Source: Camelus ferus (lineage: Eukaryota). From it: DNA of 64,000 bases. A program made the position numbers and the translations under genes. This document shows positions 14,371-28,135 of the stretch, piece after piece. Positions within the stretch are counted from its first letter, which is position 1. Every line of letters starts with the position of its first letter. The notes beneath the pieces are model-generated. The model saw only the letters and a program-made list of their open reading frames with translations, searched no databases and was not told the DNA's origin. The DNA lies in assembly GCF_009834535.1 (NCBI RefSeq), contig NC_045697.1, positions 80,974,001 through 81,038,000 of the forward strand, given 5' to 3'.

Positions 14371-16798
14371 CTTTATTAAATATTTTAAAGACTTTATTTT
14401 TCAGAGCGGTTTTAGGCTCATAGCAAAATTGAGATTTCCCATATACCCCTTGCCCCTGCACATGCGTAGCCTCCCCCATTATCAACACCCCACCCCAAAG
14501 TGGTACATTTATAACAATTGATGGGCCTACGTTGACACATCATAATCCCACACAGTTCCTGATTTACATTAGGGTTCACTCTTGGTGTTGCACATCCTAT
14601 GAGTTTTGACAAATGTGTAATGACATGTATGCATCATTATAGTATCATACAGAGTAATTTCACTGCCCGAAAATTCTGCACCCTCTATCTATTCACCCAC
14701 CACGCCCCCACCGACCCCTAGCAACCACTGATCTTTTTTTTACTATCGCTATAGTTTTACCCTTTCCAGAATTGAATGTACTTGAAATCTTGTAGTATGT
14801 AGGGTTTTCAGATTGGCTTCTTTTACTAAAGAACATGCATTTAAGATTCTTTTATGCCTTTTTACAGCATAAAAGAGAGCTAATTTCTTCTTATCACTGA
14901 ATAATATTCCATTGTCTGGATGTACCACAGTTTATTTACCCCTTACTTACTAAAGCACATGTTGGTTGCTTCCAAATTTGGGAATGATGATTAAGCTGCT
15001 GTAAATATCCATATGCAGGTTTTTGGGTAGATATAAGTTTTCAGCTCTTTGGGGTAAGTACCAAGGAGGAGTACAGTTGTTGAATCGTATAGTCAGAATA
15101 TTTTCAGTTGTATAAGAAACTGCCGTACTTTCTTGCAAAGTGGCTGTACCATTTTGCATTCTCTCCAGCAATGAATGAGAGTTGCTGTTGTTCCACATCC
15201 TTGTCGGTACTTGGTATTGTCAGTGTCCGGATTTTGGCCATTCTGACAGATGTGTAGTGGTGTCTCATTGTTGCCATTTGTAATTCCCTGATGACATTTG
15301 ATATGGGGAATCTTTTCATATGCTTATTTGCCATCTGTATATCTTCTTTAGTGAGATTTCTGTTCAAATCTTTGACCTCTTTTTAAATTAGGTTGTTCAT
15401 TTTATTGTCCTTTATCCATCTTTTGCATTTTCTCCAAAACTGTAGCTTGTCTTCTTATTCTCTTAAAATTATTTTTCATAGAGCAGGAGATTTTAATTTT
15501 AATGAAGTCCAACTTATCAATTCTTTCTTTCTTGGATCATGGCTTTGTTGTTGTATCCCAAAATTCATCAATATACCCAAGGTCATCAAGGTCTTCAGGC
15601 CCTATGTTATCTTCTACAAGTTTTGTATTTTTGTGCTTTACATTTAGGTTTGTGATCCATTTTGAATTAATTTTTGTGAATGGTGTAAGATCTGTGTCTA
15701 GATGCATTTTTTTTTCATGTGGATGTCCAGCTGTTCTAGCACCATTTGTCGAAGAGACTGTCTTTGCTCCACTCTGTTGTCTTTGCTCCTTTGTCAAAGA
15801 GCAGTTTGTGGGTCTATTTCTGGGCTGTCTGTTCTGTCACATTGACCCACTGGTCTACTCTTTTGCCAGTACCATACTGTCTTGATTACTATAGCTTGAC
15901 AGTAAGCCTTGAAGTCAGGAAGCATCAGTTCTCCAGTTTTGTTCCCCTCCTTAATATTATGTTGGCTATTTTGGGTCTTCTGCCTCTTCATATAAACTTC
16001 AGAATCAGTTTGTTGAAATCTACAAGATAAGTTGCTGGAATTTTGATGGAATTGCATTGAATCTATAGATCAAGTTGGGAAGAACTAACATCTTGACCGT
16101 ATTGTCTTCCTTTCCATGAACATGCAATATCTCCCTATTTATCTAGTTCTTTGATTTCTTTAATCAGAGTTGTATACTTTTTCTCATACAGATCTTGTAC
16201 ATATTTTGTTAAATTTATAACTAAATGTTTCATATTTGGAGATGCTAATTTAAATAATATTGTGTTGTTCACTTCAAATTTCACTTGTTCATTGCTGTAT
16301 ATGGAAAGGTGATTGACTTTTGTCTATTAACTTTGTGTCCTGAAACCTTGACATAATCATTATTAGTTCCAGGAGTTTTCTTGTTGTTTCTTTTGGATTT
16401 TCTAATCAACATATCGTCTGTGAACAAAGACAGTTCTATTTCTTCCCTCCCAGTCTGTGTATTTTTTATTTCCTTTTCTTATTGCATGGCATTCCCATAC
16501 AATGTTAAAAAGGAGGGGACATCCTTGCCTTTTTCCTGATCTTAGTTGGAAAGCTTCTAGTTTCTCACAATTAAATATGATGTTAGCTGTATGGTTTTTG
16601 TAGATATTCTTTATCAAGTTGAGAAGGTATTTCTCTAATTTACTAACAGTTTTTATCATGAACGGGTGTTAGATTTTGTCAAATGCTTTTACTGCATATA
16701 TTGATATGGTCATGTGATTTTTTTCTATTTTAGCCTGTTAATATGATAAATTACGTTGTTTTATTTTTGAATGCTGAACCAGCCTTGCGTGCCTGAGA
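14371..16798 (-). mobile_element. Old L1 (L1MC-like), 3' ~2.4 kb: decayed ORF2 C-terminus plus 3' UTR
   Basis: Frameshifted ORF2 peptides in the ORF track ([60 protein letters not shown]) and an L1MC-type 3' end. Confidence 0.92.
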
Positions 16799-19700
16799 TT
16801 CTATTAGATTTTTTAGAGCCTAAAACAGTCGCAACTAAGCTTGAAGGAAATATGGGGTCTAAATTTCTCCATTACCTATTTGTCTTCTCATCTTCATTTA
16901 CAATTTGACAGAAAAAGGGAAAATTTGTAGTCAGTATTTTTCCATCCATCTGTGTACTGAAAGATATTACAACATGACTGGATAATATAAAAAGTGAACT
17001 TGAAATGTTACAAGGTGAAATTTAATAGGTTTTAAGTGTGGAAATTTCTATTAAAGGGAAAGAAATAAGCATCAATAAGAGGAGGAAATGGGCCCATTAT
17101 GTCTTGTAAGGTAGTAGATAGGGGAGTTCCCACTAACAGTCTTCTCTTGTTAAAATTGTTAACGTGGCCCCCATGTATTTAATAGAATTGTGAGGTCAGA
17201 TGCACTAATGGCTGGTGGAAAGATTATGAGCTTTTTCAACTTACATTAACCTTGGTGGAATTTTTTTTTAAGCCATTTATATTTTTGAGATATTGGAACT
17301 TTGAGCCTGCAGTGTTTTTCATCTATATAAAGGGGAAACTATCTACCTTATGGTGATAGTTTGCTGTTTAAATAGGATAGTAGAGTAGGTAAAGCACATA
17401 TTTAATGCCGTGCCCAGCTGTATACTAGGCATACAGTGACCGATAGATATTAGCTGATAGTAAGATGAACATACTGTTATATGTTTAGTTAGAATTTTAT
17501 TGGTTTGTTCTTTTCAACATGAGATTCTTTAGCTAAACCTGTTCCTTTTACCAGCTTATTGGGCCATGAATATTTTGCTTCCTGAGCCCACTTCTCTATT
17601 TTCACTTGAACAAGCAGCTGTGTAATGAATCACCCAGTATGGACAGCTGAATAAACTGGCACTCAACAATTCAGTAAATAAGACGCCATTTTTTTCATTT
17701 CTCCTTTCTCTCTCATAGCTGTCTTACTGTGTAAACAACAGGATTTAAGTTTGCTGTTTGACTTTCTGTTGGTATAAGAGAAAAATGTATTTATTAAAAA
17801 AAAAAATGTTGTTTTAAAGTCCCATAAAAGGAGAACTCACAGGAAAAAATAAATATGATGGAATTGTCTAAAGACACATTTTCTTATTGCATTTAAAGAA
17901 ATTCTCTTTAATGCAAAATATGGTGCTTTTCTTTTGTATTATTCTGTTGGCCTCTGAGATAAGATACGTGATATCTGATAAGCATCACTCTGATTAAAGT
18001 TAGAAACAGCTGCCCTTTTAAAGGATTATTTTTCTCCAAAATATGAAATCATTTTGGGTGGTTTTAAAAGAAAAACAAAAAACCTTTTTTGTTGTTCTTG
18101 TTATTCTCATGGTATTTTAAGTTTGTATAATTTTGGTTTAATGTCAAGGTAAAAACTGTGAAAGGGCAGGGCCCAGTACTTAAGATGCATGGTCACATTC
18201 TCTCTGCCTTTTTTGTTTAAACATTAAGTTATGAAAACAATTCTGGATGCAAGATGATGGCAGTGGCATCAAAAGCAGCTTCTAGGCCATTAGGCACTCA
18301 CGTTCTGGAGGATGGAAAGAAATGCTGTAAACGTGAAGTTTAAATTTTAATAGTTACACAGTTGTTGGTGAATGATAAAGCATCCAGGTAAGGTAGGTGA
18401 CGTGTAACTACAGTTGGGACAATTAGATGGGAAAATCCTTGGTGGCAGGGGGAGTCCTGAGCCATGGGGTAACAGGTAGAAGTGGTTACGTGTTTTGTGA
18501 TATTCCATTTGGTACTCGTAAAAAGGCACTTGTGAGTCTTAGAAAAAATTTTCTAAGTGAGGTTTTCCTGAGTGAGGTTAATATTACTTGACTATTACTT
18601 AAGGAGCTTCTTCATGGCATTATTGTAGTGTAAGGTACTGTTTCACAAACAAATAAATAAATCACTCAAACTTTATTTCCTACTGCTAGTGCTGAGCTGG
18701 GAATTTGGCAGATACACAGGAGGTACTCAGTGAGTCTCTTAGATGCATGAATGCATTTGTAACTTTTATGTTAGTTGCTTGGATGGAAACTAAGACTTTA
18801 AGCATAATATATGCAGTTATAGAACGGAAATCCCTTTGGTTAACTCAGGCATTCTTTTTAAATATTCTGTCGGAAGCTCTTGAAAGCCACAACACGTCAA
18901 AAAAGAAATACATATTTCTTAAACTCCTTCAATGCATCTTTCTTTCTGGTTTCAACAAATACTGGCAGTTCTTTCTTGGACATGTTTTTTGTCCCTTTCC
19001 GTTCCTTTTTTTTCTCCACTCGCATTTTCTGCAAATTGAAATGACCTCATGTGTGAATAATTATAGAGCCCGCTAACCTGTTTCCCAGGCTTCACCCTTC
19101 AGTCACTTCTTCTCTGAACCTGATCCTCTCTAAAATCAATGACTAATTAATCTTCAAGCAAGACAGCACTGTTATTTCTCTCTTGACAATTCTGTGTGGG
19201 TCCCATACATAAACGATCAAGTTCAAAAGCCTGAAACTTGCAGTCAGGCCTACCTGCTTCCTTGTCTTTCTCATTTTATTCCTCACGAGTCACACACAGC
19301 TAATCTGGTCCCCATTGTCAACACCACTCCATCTGAGGACCCTTAGGGCTATTCCTGGACCCTTAGGTACCTTTATAAGAATGTCATGATCTCTGTTAGC
19401 ACATTGTAATGAATCGCAATGACTTATTTACTCATCTTTCTTTCACTGGACTGTGAGTTTCTTGAGGTAGACATCGTGTTTCATCATTTTTTCACCCCTG
19501 GAGTTAGAATATTGTAGGCCTTCCATAAATATACACCGAATGAATGAGTTAATGCAACTTACAATTTGTGGTCTGTGCATTTTAAAATCTTTCTTTTCCT
19601 AAGATGTCCTATCCTTACTTAATGCCTATTAAAATTGCATATCTCCTTCTTTATTTTGTTCAGCTAGAGCTTGGCAAGTATTACTAAGAAAGGAGAGAAT

Positions 19701-22700
19701 GTAGATACTACTAGGCAACTATCAGTCTCTCCTACAATCTTGTACCTTCGTTTATTTTATTATAAAAAAAGGATATTAACATTATATATGGATAAAGATG
19801 ACCATTCTAGGATAATGCATTCATTTTATGGTTTTATGGTGTGTATTCCCTCTTACACCTGGCTGTTCTCACTTTGAGAAGTACAGCTTTACATGTGACT
19901 CTAAAATCAGTAAACACCGCTTTAAAGTGTTATGTGAACTGTTAATTAAAAGCAGCAATGTTTTGGACCACTGGGTTTTTTGTTTTGTTTTGTTTTTTGA
20001 CTACATTGGATCGGAATGCAGTGATTTTTCCCAAGCTCAGCTGGAGATTCTGCATTTACCCTGAGGACCTGATGTGTAGGGATCACTGGTTCCTCTCTTC
20101 CCAGATGCTAAATTCTTTGCTGTGATTCCAACTGTGTGGTCACATTTACTGACTTTGGAGTTGCATTATTTCACAATGACTAGCAATTGGCCATCCTTGG
20201 AACCCTTTTTCTTACCACCTTATCTGCATGTTCTCCTGGAGTAGATTACAGTATTACAAATAGCATGTTTGGGTAATTTTCCCACATTCACATTTCTCTT
20301 ATGCATGAGGTGTTTTTTTAAGAATCATATGCTTTGACGCAAGCTGTGTACAGCTACTGCATACAAATATATTTAAGTTAATTTGTCCATTTTTTCCTTT
20401 AAATTGATGTATGTCCATTCTTATGTTTTTATGAAACACTTAGTCCAATATTGTGACTATGATTTCTAATTTCATTAGAAGACTTTCCTTTTGGGTGTTG
20501 ATTTTGACTTTTGGTTGTTGATTTTTCATCTACTTTGAGGGTTATTCAGTTTGTCAGAATCAACTGTCAGGTAACAGGAATCTAAGATGAGCTCATAAAC
20601 TCAGGGTTTCCTTTTTGTTTTTTTAACCTTTGAGCCTACTGGCACCTACTCTTTAACTGACCTTGTTCATTTCTTGCTTTTCCATAGAAAGGATTTTTTT
20701 TTTCTCCTGTAGATATTCAAGTTCTCTTTCTATTCAGCAACATCTTTCTTACTGCCTTTTTTCCATTGAACATGTCCTTCCCTTTGCCCCAAAAGTCCTT
20801 TTCCACTCCACTATTTTCTGTCTCTAATATCATAAACTTTCCTACCTGAAACTCACCTCTTCAGAAACTCCTTACTTGATCAATCCTGGAGAAATCTGAT
20901 CTCTGCTTGACTCAGTATTTCTTCTGTACTTTTGTTCTCTGTTTGCCCAGTCTTAGACTTTTATTTTCAGAAGTAGGTGAGATATTTGAGATCTTTGCCG
21001 GCAAACTCCTTGGAGCTGTTAACTCGGGGAAGAGTTGTTTATCCATTTTCCCAGTTCTTCGTTCTAGTGGGTGATCATCATGCAGATTTTCCTTTGGAAC
21101 CACATAGTGAAATAAACCATGTATATCAAGAAAATATGTGCAAGATTTGACTTAAAAAGATTTGGCAAGTCTTTATTCTTAACATTTTTCTTTAATTGAG
21201 AATACTTGAAGAATCCTCTTCTGAGAAGTATTACTTCAGCCTTTTTTCTTTAGCTGTGTTTCTCTTTTATAATATAAAAAGCCTCATGATGAAGCCCATC
21301 AGATAGCTGTATATTCAGTGAATGTTTACTGAATGTAAATGAATTATGGGCAGTATGCTGTTTTGGGTGCTTTGATATTCAAGGAATTTATAGTCTGCTA
21401 AAGGAGGTGACATACATACACAAATACTTTTATAACAAGTTCAAACATGGACACTACCATAAGAGAGATATAAAGTACTATCAAAGAAGAGAGATGAAGA
21501 ATAAATTCTTAACCTTGGCAAGATCAGATTGATGTGGAAGGTGGCATTTGTTCTTACTTTGAAGAGCCTGTTGAATTTGGATAGATGGGAAGTACCATGA
21601 TGCCAACGGATCAGAGTGAACCAAGTCCCCAGTGTGGGCAGAGATGGGATAGTCTAAGAGAATGTGGAATGTGATCCAGTGTGGTTCAGTATAAGAAGTG
21701 AGAAACAGATCAGCCTTGCTTTGTCAATGCAAATTTTAAGATTTTCTCATTGATAAAGTTAAGAAAAATTGAGAACTTGAGCCTTGAGTGGCAAGTCCTT
21801 GAAAAAGACTTTTTAGATACACTGGTTCAGATGGGACAGTAAACTTTTGAGAGGGCCCAGGCATTAGGATAAAAAGAAAAGTGGTGAGAAAGGACATTTT
21901 GGGTTGCTTGTTCAAAGATAGATGTCTACTGCAGGCTTCTCTGGGAGCATTGCGGTTATTCATATTAATGGAAGGAAGTCATGTTCATTGGTGAATTAGA
22001 AGAACAGATAAATCCAAAATTTAGTTCCACGGAGTTGACTTTAGAGTACGAATATCCTGAGGGAGTGCCCCTGTCCGAGCAGTACCTGGAGGGAGGCTGA
22101 GAGGCCTAACAGCCCCGCACAGCCTTCTGATGGTCATCCTTCATTTGTAGAGCCTTCGCTGGGCCCTGCTAGGATTTTTGTCTCCCTTTGATCTTCCTGT
22201 TCTCTATCCAAGCAGAGAGTGAGACTTGCTTTGTGCATTGTCTTTATATGGGGTGGTACGTGGACGATTACACAGACTAGCAGGCCCTGTTGCCATGGTT
22301 CTGCATGTTTCTGCCCCAGGGAGAAATGCTTTCCCTGAGGTGACTCATGTGCTCATCCCGGGATCCAGGCACCATCGCCCGGACCTTTCTGGGTCATTGG
22401 CTTTGTCCCATGGGAGGAGTGGTACTTCCTGAATAGTTGTGGGAATAGATTATCTAAAGGGGGAGTGAGATGGAGGGGAGGGGTGGATCAGTCCCTAGTT
22501 TTCTAGTCTGTATAGTCACCCACCCCACACCGAGAGCAAAAGTAAACCGAAGACTTCCTGCCTTCTTCCTGGCCATGGACACTCTTCATGCTCAGCATGG
22601 AAAGACACAAGAGTTAAGGAAAATATCCATGAGATCATAGGATATGATCTTACTGCATAATTTGGTCTTTGTCTGGCTTCATTCCTATTTCTTTAGGCAT

Positions 22701-23789
22701 TTCTTTCTGGAGAAGCTTGAGGCTCGGGTGCACTCTGATGCTGTCATTGACCTGAAGGATCTAATTGAATGATTTACCCTGAAGGTGCTATGAACCAGAC
22801 TGATGTTAGTCAATATTTGCATTTCCTGTTCTTCTCTTTACATGTTTATAATCTCAAAACGCTGAACATCAGTATAGTAACATCAGAAAGAGAGATTTTC
22901 TTTGATTTATGAAGGGATTCTTTAGTTGCCAAAGAATTTTTTTTTTTTTGGCTTTTAATATAATTGAACTATCAGTGTGTTTCCAGTTGTTTTGGGAACT
23001 GTTAGCATACAACTTTTAATTGCTTGTCATCACATTTTGCCATTGGAAATTCAACTCTGAAATCAAGAGCAAACTGGCTTACAATGTACAGAAATTTAAT
23101 GTAAATGAGTATTTTGGGAGTATATTTCCAGAGTGTCCATTTCCCCAGCGTGGAGGGAGGAAATGGGGCAAAGGCAGGATTCCTGTGAAGCTGATGGTGA
23201 AGCCCATGCATCTGACCTGGAGGTTCTGGGCAGGGACCCACGTCTTGCTCTTTTGTATTCCTGGCACCTATTGCCTGGAGCATTGAAAGGGACCAATGAC
23301 AGTTTAACTGTATTGAATTACTGATGACATGAATATGCCTGCAGATTAATTAAGGGCACTGCACTCAGTCCCCGTTGCTAATATCAATACACATCAAAAG
23401 GGTGCGTGGCTATAAGAATTGTTTGGGGAAAATACCAGGTAAATATGACATTTGTCTCTACTGAAGTATTGATGTGGATCATAGGTCCATGGCTCCGAAT
23501 TAGGTTCTTTTTTATTACTGGACCTCAACTTTATTCATTATTTTGTTTTCTTAGAAGAAATCATTGAGATGGGTTAGAAGTCACAACGTAGGTATTCAGT
23601 GATGGTTAGTTACTCCCTGTTCCCCCAGTCTCTTCTGTGAAAAAGGAAAGTTCTGGGCTAGGGATTTCATGCGGCTCTCTTAGCTCTGTTTTAAAATCCA
23701 TCTGTGACTCTTGAGAAAGTAAGCACATGAAGATCTTTTGAGACATTCCAGTTCCTCGAGCTGTAAGAACACCCATAGTGACATTTAAA

Positions 23790-24290
23790 CAGCCAGTCAT
23801 TTGCTCATAGAATCCGTAGGTGAGTGATTCAGGCAGGGCTCAGCAGGAATGGCTTTCCAGTGCTTCCTGTTGTCTGAGGCCTCAGCTGGACAACTTGAGA
23901 GCTAGAAGCTGGAATCATCTGCAGGTTCATTGAGTCCAGTATTTGACTATTGATATTGGCTGGTGGCTGAGACCTTAATTGCAGCCATTAGAAAACCGAT
24001 TTGTGGTCCCCCCATATGGTGTGGATCTGCTCGTAGCAGGGTGATCGGGCACAAGGGTGCATGTTCTGAGAGAAAGTAGGTGGCATCGGTATCCTTTTTT
24101 TAATGGCCTAGCATTTACGGGCACATGTCATTACTTCCACTAAATTCTATTGATCAGGAAAGTCACAAGCCTGCCGAGGTTCAAAGGCTGTGTACACAGC
24201 CCCACATGATGGGAAGTAGGAAGGTTCTGAAAGCACGTGCGAGAGTGACATTATTGCTTGAATTATTGCTGGGAAAACACAGTCTACTGC
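23790..24290. mobile_element. MLT1 (ERVL-MaLR) LTR remnant
   Basis: MLT1-like motifs ggcagggctcagcagg, gctggaatcatctg, attctattgatcaggaaagtcacaagcc. Bounds approximate. Confidence 0.65.
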
Positions 24291-27200
24291 ACAATGTACG
24301 TCCTATGTCTTTTGCTGTGATTTTCACATATGATTAATAATTTATATCTTCCTAGGTTGTTTTTACTAGATAGACTACTTACCAATTCCCTGTATCTAGT
24401 TTTTTAAAAAATAATTTGCCCTTAAATGTGTTAATCAGATGCTGAAATTGATGGAGGAAAGTTTAAATTTAAAAATAAAAATGAATAGATTATCTATAAT
24501 TTTTTATTTATAGTTCCCAGTGAGACAACAACAAGTTTGTTAATATTGTGGAGAGCAAAGAGTTAGGATTTATAATGAAATGCTATCATAAAAGGAATAA
24601 AATGATTACATCCTTCTCTTGCACAGGTAAATAAAGACTAATCAGCTTCTAGGTAATTTTGTCCAGTTTCTTTCTGCTATATGCCATTTCACTTTGCTTT
24701 TTAATTTTAGTCCAATGTCTTAATTCAGACATAGAGCAAAACATACTTGTCAGTGAACTACCATGTCCATTTCTTTATAGTTCTAAGTTATATTATGTGA
24801 TAGGACAGGGAGTTATAGAGACATTTTTAGCAGGAATTTCTCAGCTGAAAATAATGAGTTCTAAGAAATATAAAAATTTATGTGGTCTTCCTTTCTCAAA
24901 CGTCCTTATTTTGTTTCACATAGTCTTCTTTTAGGCCAGGTGCTAGTTTTGCTGGTCAGGAAGTCACTGTCTTTTCTGCCTGAATGGTGCTGAATTCAAT
25001 GGGTTATTAGACTCCAGCTGTAAACACGGCTGCTCCCACCTGCTCAGTTTGCAGGTGGTCTGCAGAGCCCAGCCTGGGACTCCATGGAATTAAAGCCATC
25101 AGATGAAAGAGGACTAGTGGAATCACAGTCATGGTCATTGTGCGACTTTGATTTGCTTTGGGGTCCTCCCTGAAGGAACGGGATGGAGCATAGGGCCCAA
25201 CTGACCTTTTGGGGGCTCCCCTGGGCTCAAACTGCAGGCAGGTCCCTTCTGTTTTCTGCATCCCTGCTCACTGAACTAGCGGACCACGTTCTAAGTAGTG
25301 CTCTGAGCAGAAGTGTAACTCATTTACTCTGTTAGGGATTTTAGACCCAGAATCTCTTTTTCTTACTTCTCCTTAAGAATTGCAGGAATTTCTTCACCAC
25401 GTTCCCTTTGGGAGAAAGATGCAATAAAGAGACCACTGGTCTCCTAGTGTCCCTGACACTCACGTGTTTCCGCTCGATGTAACTGAGGGTTCTACAAAGA
25501 TGTATGCACAGCCCAGTTTCCCTCCCAAGTTTCCTATTTCCCACTGCTTTCTAGATAGATCCACTTGGATATTACATAGAAATCTAAAATTCATTACATT
25601 CAAATATAAACTCTTCTTCCCCTCTCAGACCTGCATCTCCATATATGTTTCTTCTCTTGGTTAACTGTAAAAGTATTCCAAGCCAGAAACCTGGAAGTCA
25701 TGCTAGACCCCATCCTCTCCCAACCACTCACTAAGTCTTTGGTTCTGAGAAACACCCACCTGCACCCACTGCTTCCTCTTCTCGCAAGCGCTGCCTTGGG
25801 TCAGACTCTCAGCTCCGTCCTGCCCCGTCTCCTCACTCTACTCTCCCATCTTCTGTAAAACATCCTACGGTAGTCTTTTCCTGCATGAATCTCACTTTAT
25901 TACAGCCATTTCACTCATCTGCCTTCACCCCAGACATGGATTTTGCCTTGTTCATTGTGTCTTTGTGACCCAACATTGTGATTATCCCAAAGAAAGCTTC
26001 ATTTTGCTTTTCCTAGAAGGAAGAAGGCGGGCAGGTATATTTTCTCCAAACAGGGCATGTTGTTCAACTTAAAAAATGCCCAACATTCTCTTTGTTAGCT
26101 CAAATTTCTAGGGAAAAGACAGTGTTATTTATCTAAGGAACTGAATGAAAAAAAAGCAATGTATTTATTGTTTATCTTTTTTAAGGATGTGGATTACTAT
26201 TAGCTTTCTTGATTTATTAAAAGAAAAAGTTGTGAAAACCTACTATGACTCAGCACTGAAGAAGAGAGAAAGTCTTGTGCATAAACTCACACACTACGAG
26301 TGATGTGATATGCACCCTGAGAGAGATAACAGAGTCAGAATCCTTTGTCGGGACTGCGATAAACAACTGTGTTGTGAGGAGAAAATGCCAGGTACCACAG
26401 GCTGTATTTGAGGAATGAAGAGTGGATGCTTGTAGAAACCTGATGGGAGGTAAGGGTAGAAAGTTAGATTATGCGCACGTTGTTAAGAACGTAAACTCTC
26501 TGAGGGCAGGAATTTTTGTTCACAAATGTAATGTATTCTTTGATATGTCTCAAGTGCCTGGAAGAATGCCAGGGATGGTACACAGCAGGTGCTCAGTAGT
26601 GTTTGCTCAATTAATGAGTAGACCCTGAAGCCCACCTGACATGCTGGAATACTGTTCGATTAACTAGTATTTGATAGCAATGGCCTTTTTTTTTTTTTTT
26701 TCTCAGCAGAACTTTGAGCATTTAGTTGACAGCAGATTGTTTTGGAAAGAATGTCCCAGGATCGCAGATCTGTCTGCTGCAGTCACACGTGCGAAGAAAA
26801 CACGTGCCTCCTCTTTCTGCATCTGTAGCCCTCCCCCGACACCCCCCTTCTCCTTGACTGTTACAAATCAGCATGTTCACATCTCTCTCTCTCTCCCCAA
26901 GCCTCTGGATTCTTAATTTCCTTTTGTAACATGAGAAAGATTTAGATGTCATTTTTTGGACTTTTTTTTTTTTCTTGTGAGATTTTCATCTTTTTACACC
27001 TAGTGGTTTCTTTTTGGAGTGCCCTCTGTACCTTGCCACGGTCATACCCTTGGGATATCCTGACTGTGTGTAGTTTCTTGAAGGTTTTAAGAGCTTTGAA
27101 AATTCAACTGTCTTCAAAGTCAAGTCGGGGTTTCAAATTTTGCTTACTTCTTTTCATTGTAACTGTAATGCCAAAAATTAAAAGCCTTATGAGAAAGAAA

Positions 27201-27679
27201 AAAGATACTGCAGAATCTCAGTGGAAATGAATACACCCTGCTAGGTACTTAGTTCTGAATGTTCACTGTGGTAGTGAAGACATCTTCTGAGATTTTTTTT
27301 TTTTTAAATAGAACCATCACCTTGACAATAACCACTCTATTGCTTCTTTGGGTTAGCTGTGGTTAACCCCTTTAGATAATCTTAGAAATAACTTGAATAT
27401 TCTGAAACACTGACAATTAGATTTGATATTGCACAGAAAACACTTTTTGTACTACTTCTCATTTGTGTGTTTGTTTTAACCAGCTTTATTCTGAAGAATC
27501 AAAAACATGGCAAAACGGAGTTATGTGTAATTGAGAGAAAATATCTTGGTGCAGAATGACTGTATTTTTTCTCCCCTTTTCTCACTGTGATATCATTTCC
27601 GTCCATAATCTGTGTATTGCTTATCAGATTTCCTGCCCAGGGAAAAATAACAGCATACTTTTTATGTGACAAAGCACTT

Positions 27680-27840
27680 TTATATATTTGACTTCGTTTA
27701 ATCTTCCCAGTGTCCCTGTGAAGTATTATCAGCCTTTTTAAAGATGGGAGAGCTGGGCCTCAGAGAGAACAGGCAGCTAGCTTGCTGAAGATTGCGTAGC
27801 AAATTATGGAACTGGGGTTTAAACCAAATCCTTTGCCAGT
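27680..27840 (-). mobile_element. MIR SINE remnant
   Basis: ttaatcttcccag...cctgtgaagtattatc...agatgggagagctgggcctcagaga. Bounds approximate. Confidence 0.55.
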
Positions 27841-28083
27841 TAACTCAGTGAAAATAATGGTTGGTATGTTTCCATTCTTAATGGTAACTTTCGTATTTCC
27901 AGTGGTATTTTTTTGTTATCGTTTGTTTAATAAGTCATGGTTAACTCTCCTAGCAGTGGTCAAAGACCACGTTTGATGACTCCTGATGAAAATGTTCATG
28001 ATTATCCTACCTAATGGGTCTTGCAGAATGAATATTTCAATTCTGTGCAGCCCACCTGAACCCTTTCAAATGGGAAGAGAGTT

Positions 28084-28135
28084 GATGTTGATGTTCGGAA
28101 TAAAAAAAGATGTTGATGTTCGGAATAAAAAAAGA
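28084..28135. repeat. Perfect 25-bp tandem duplication
   Basis: GATGTTGATGTTCGGAATAAAAAAA at 28084-28108 and 28109-28133. Confidence 0.95.

Noticed and set aside
14258..16659. Cluster of ORFs on both strands
   Set aside because: Frameshifted L1 ORF2 remnants and their antisense frames.
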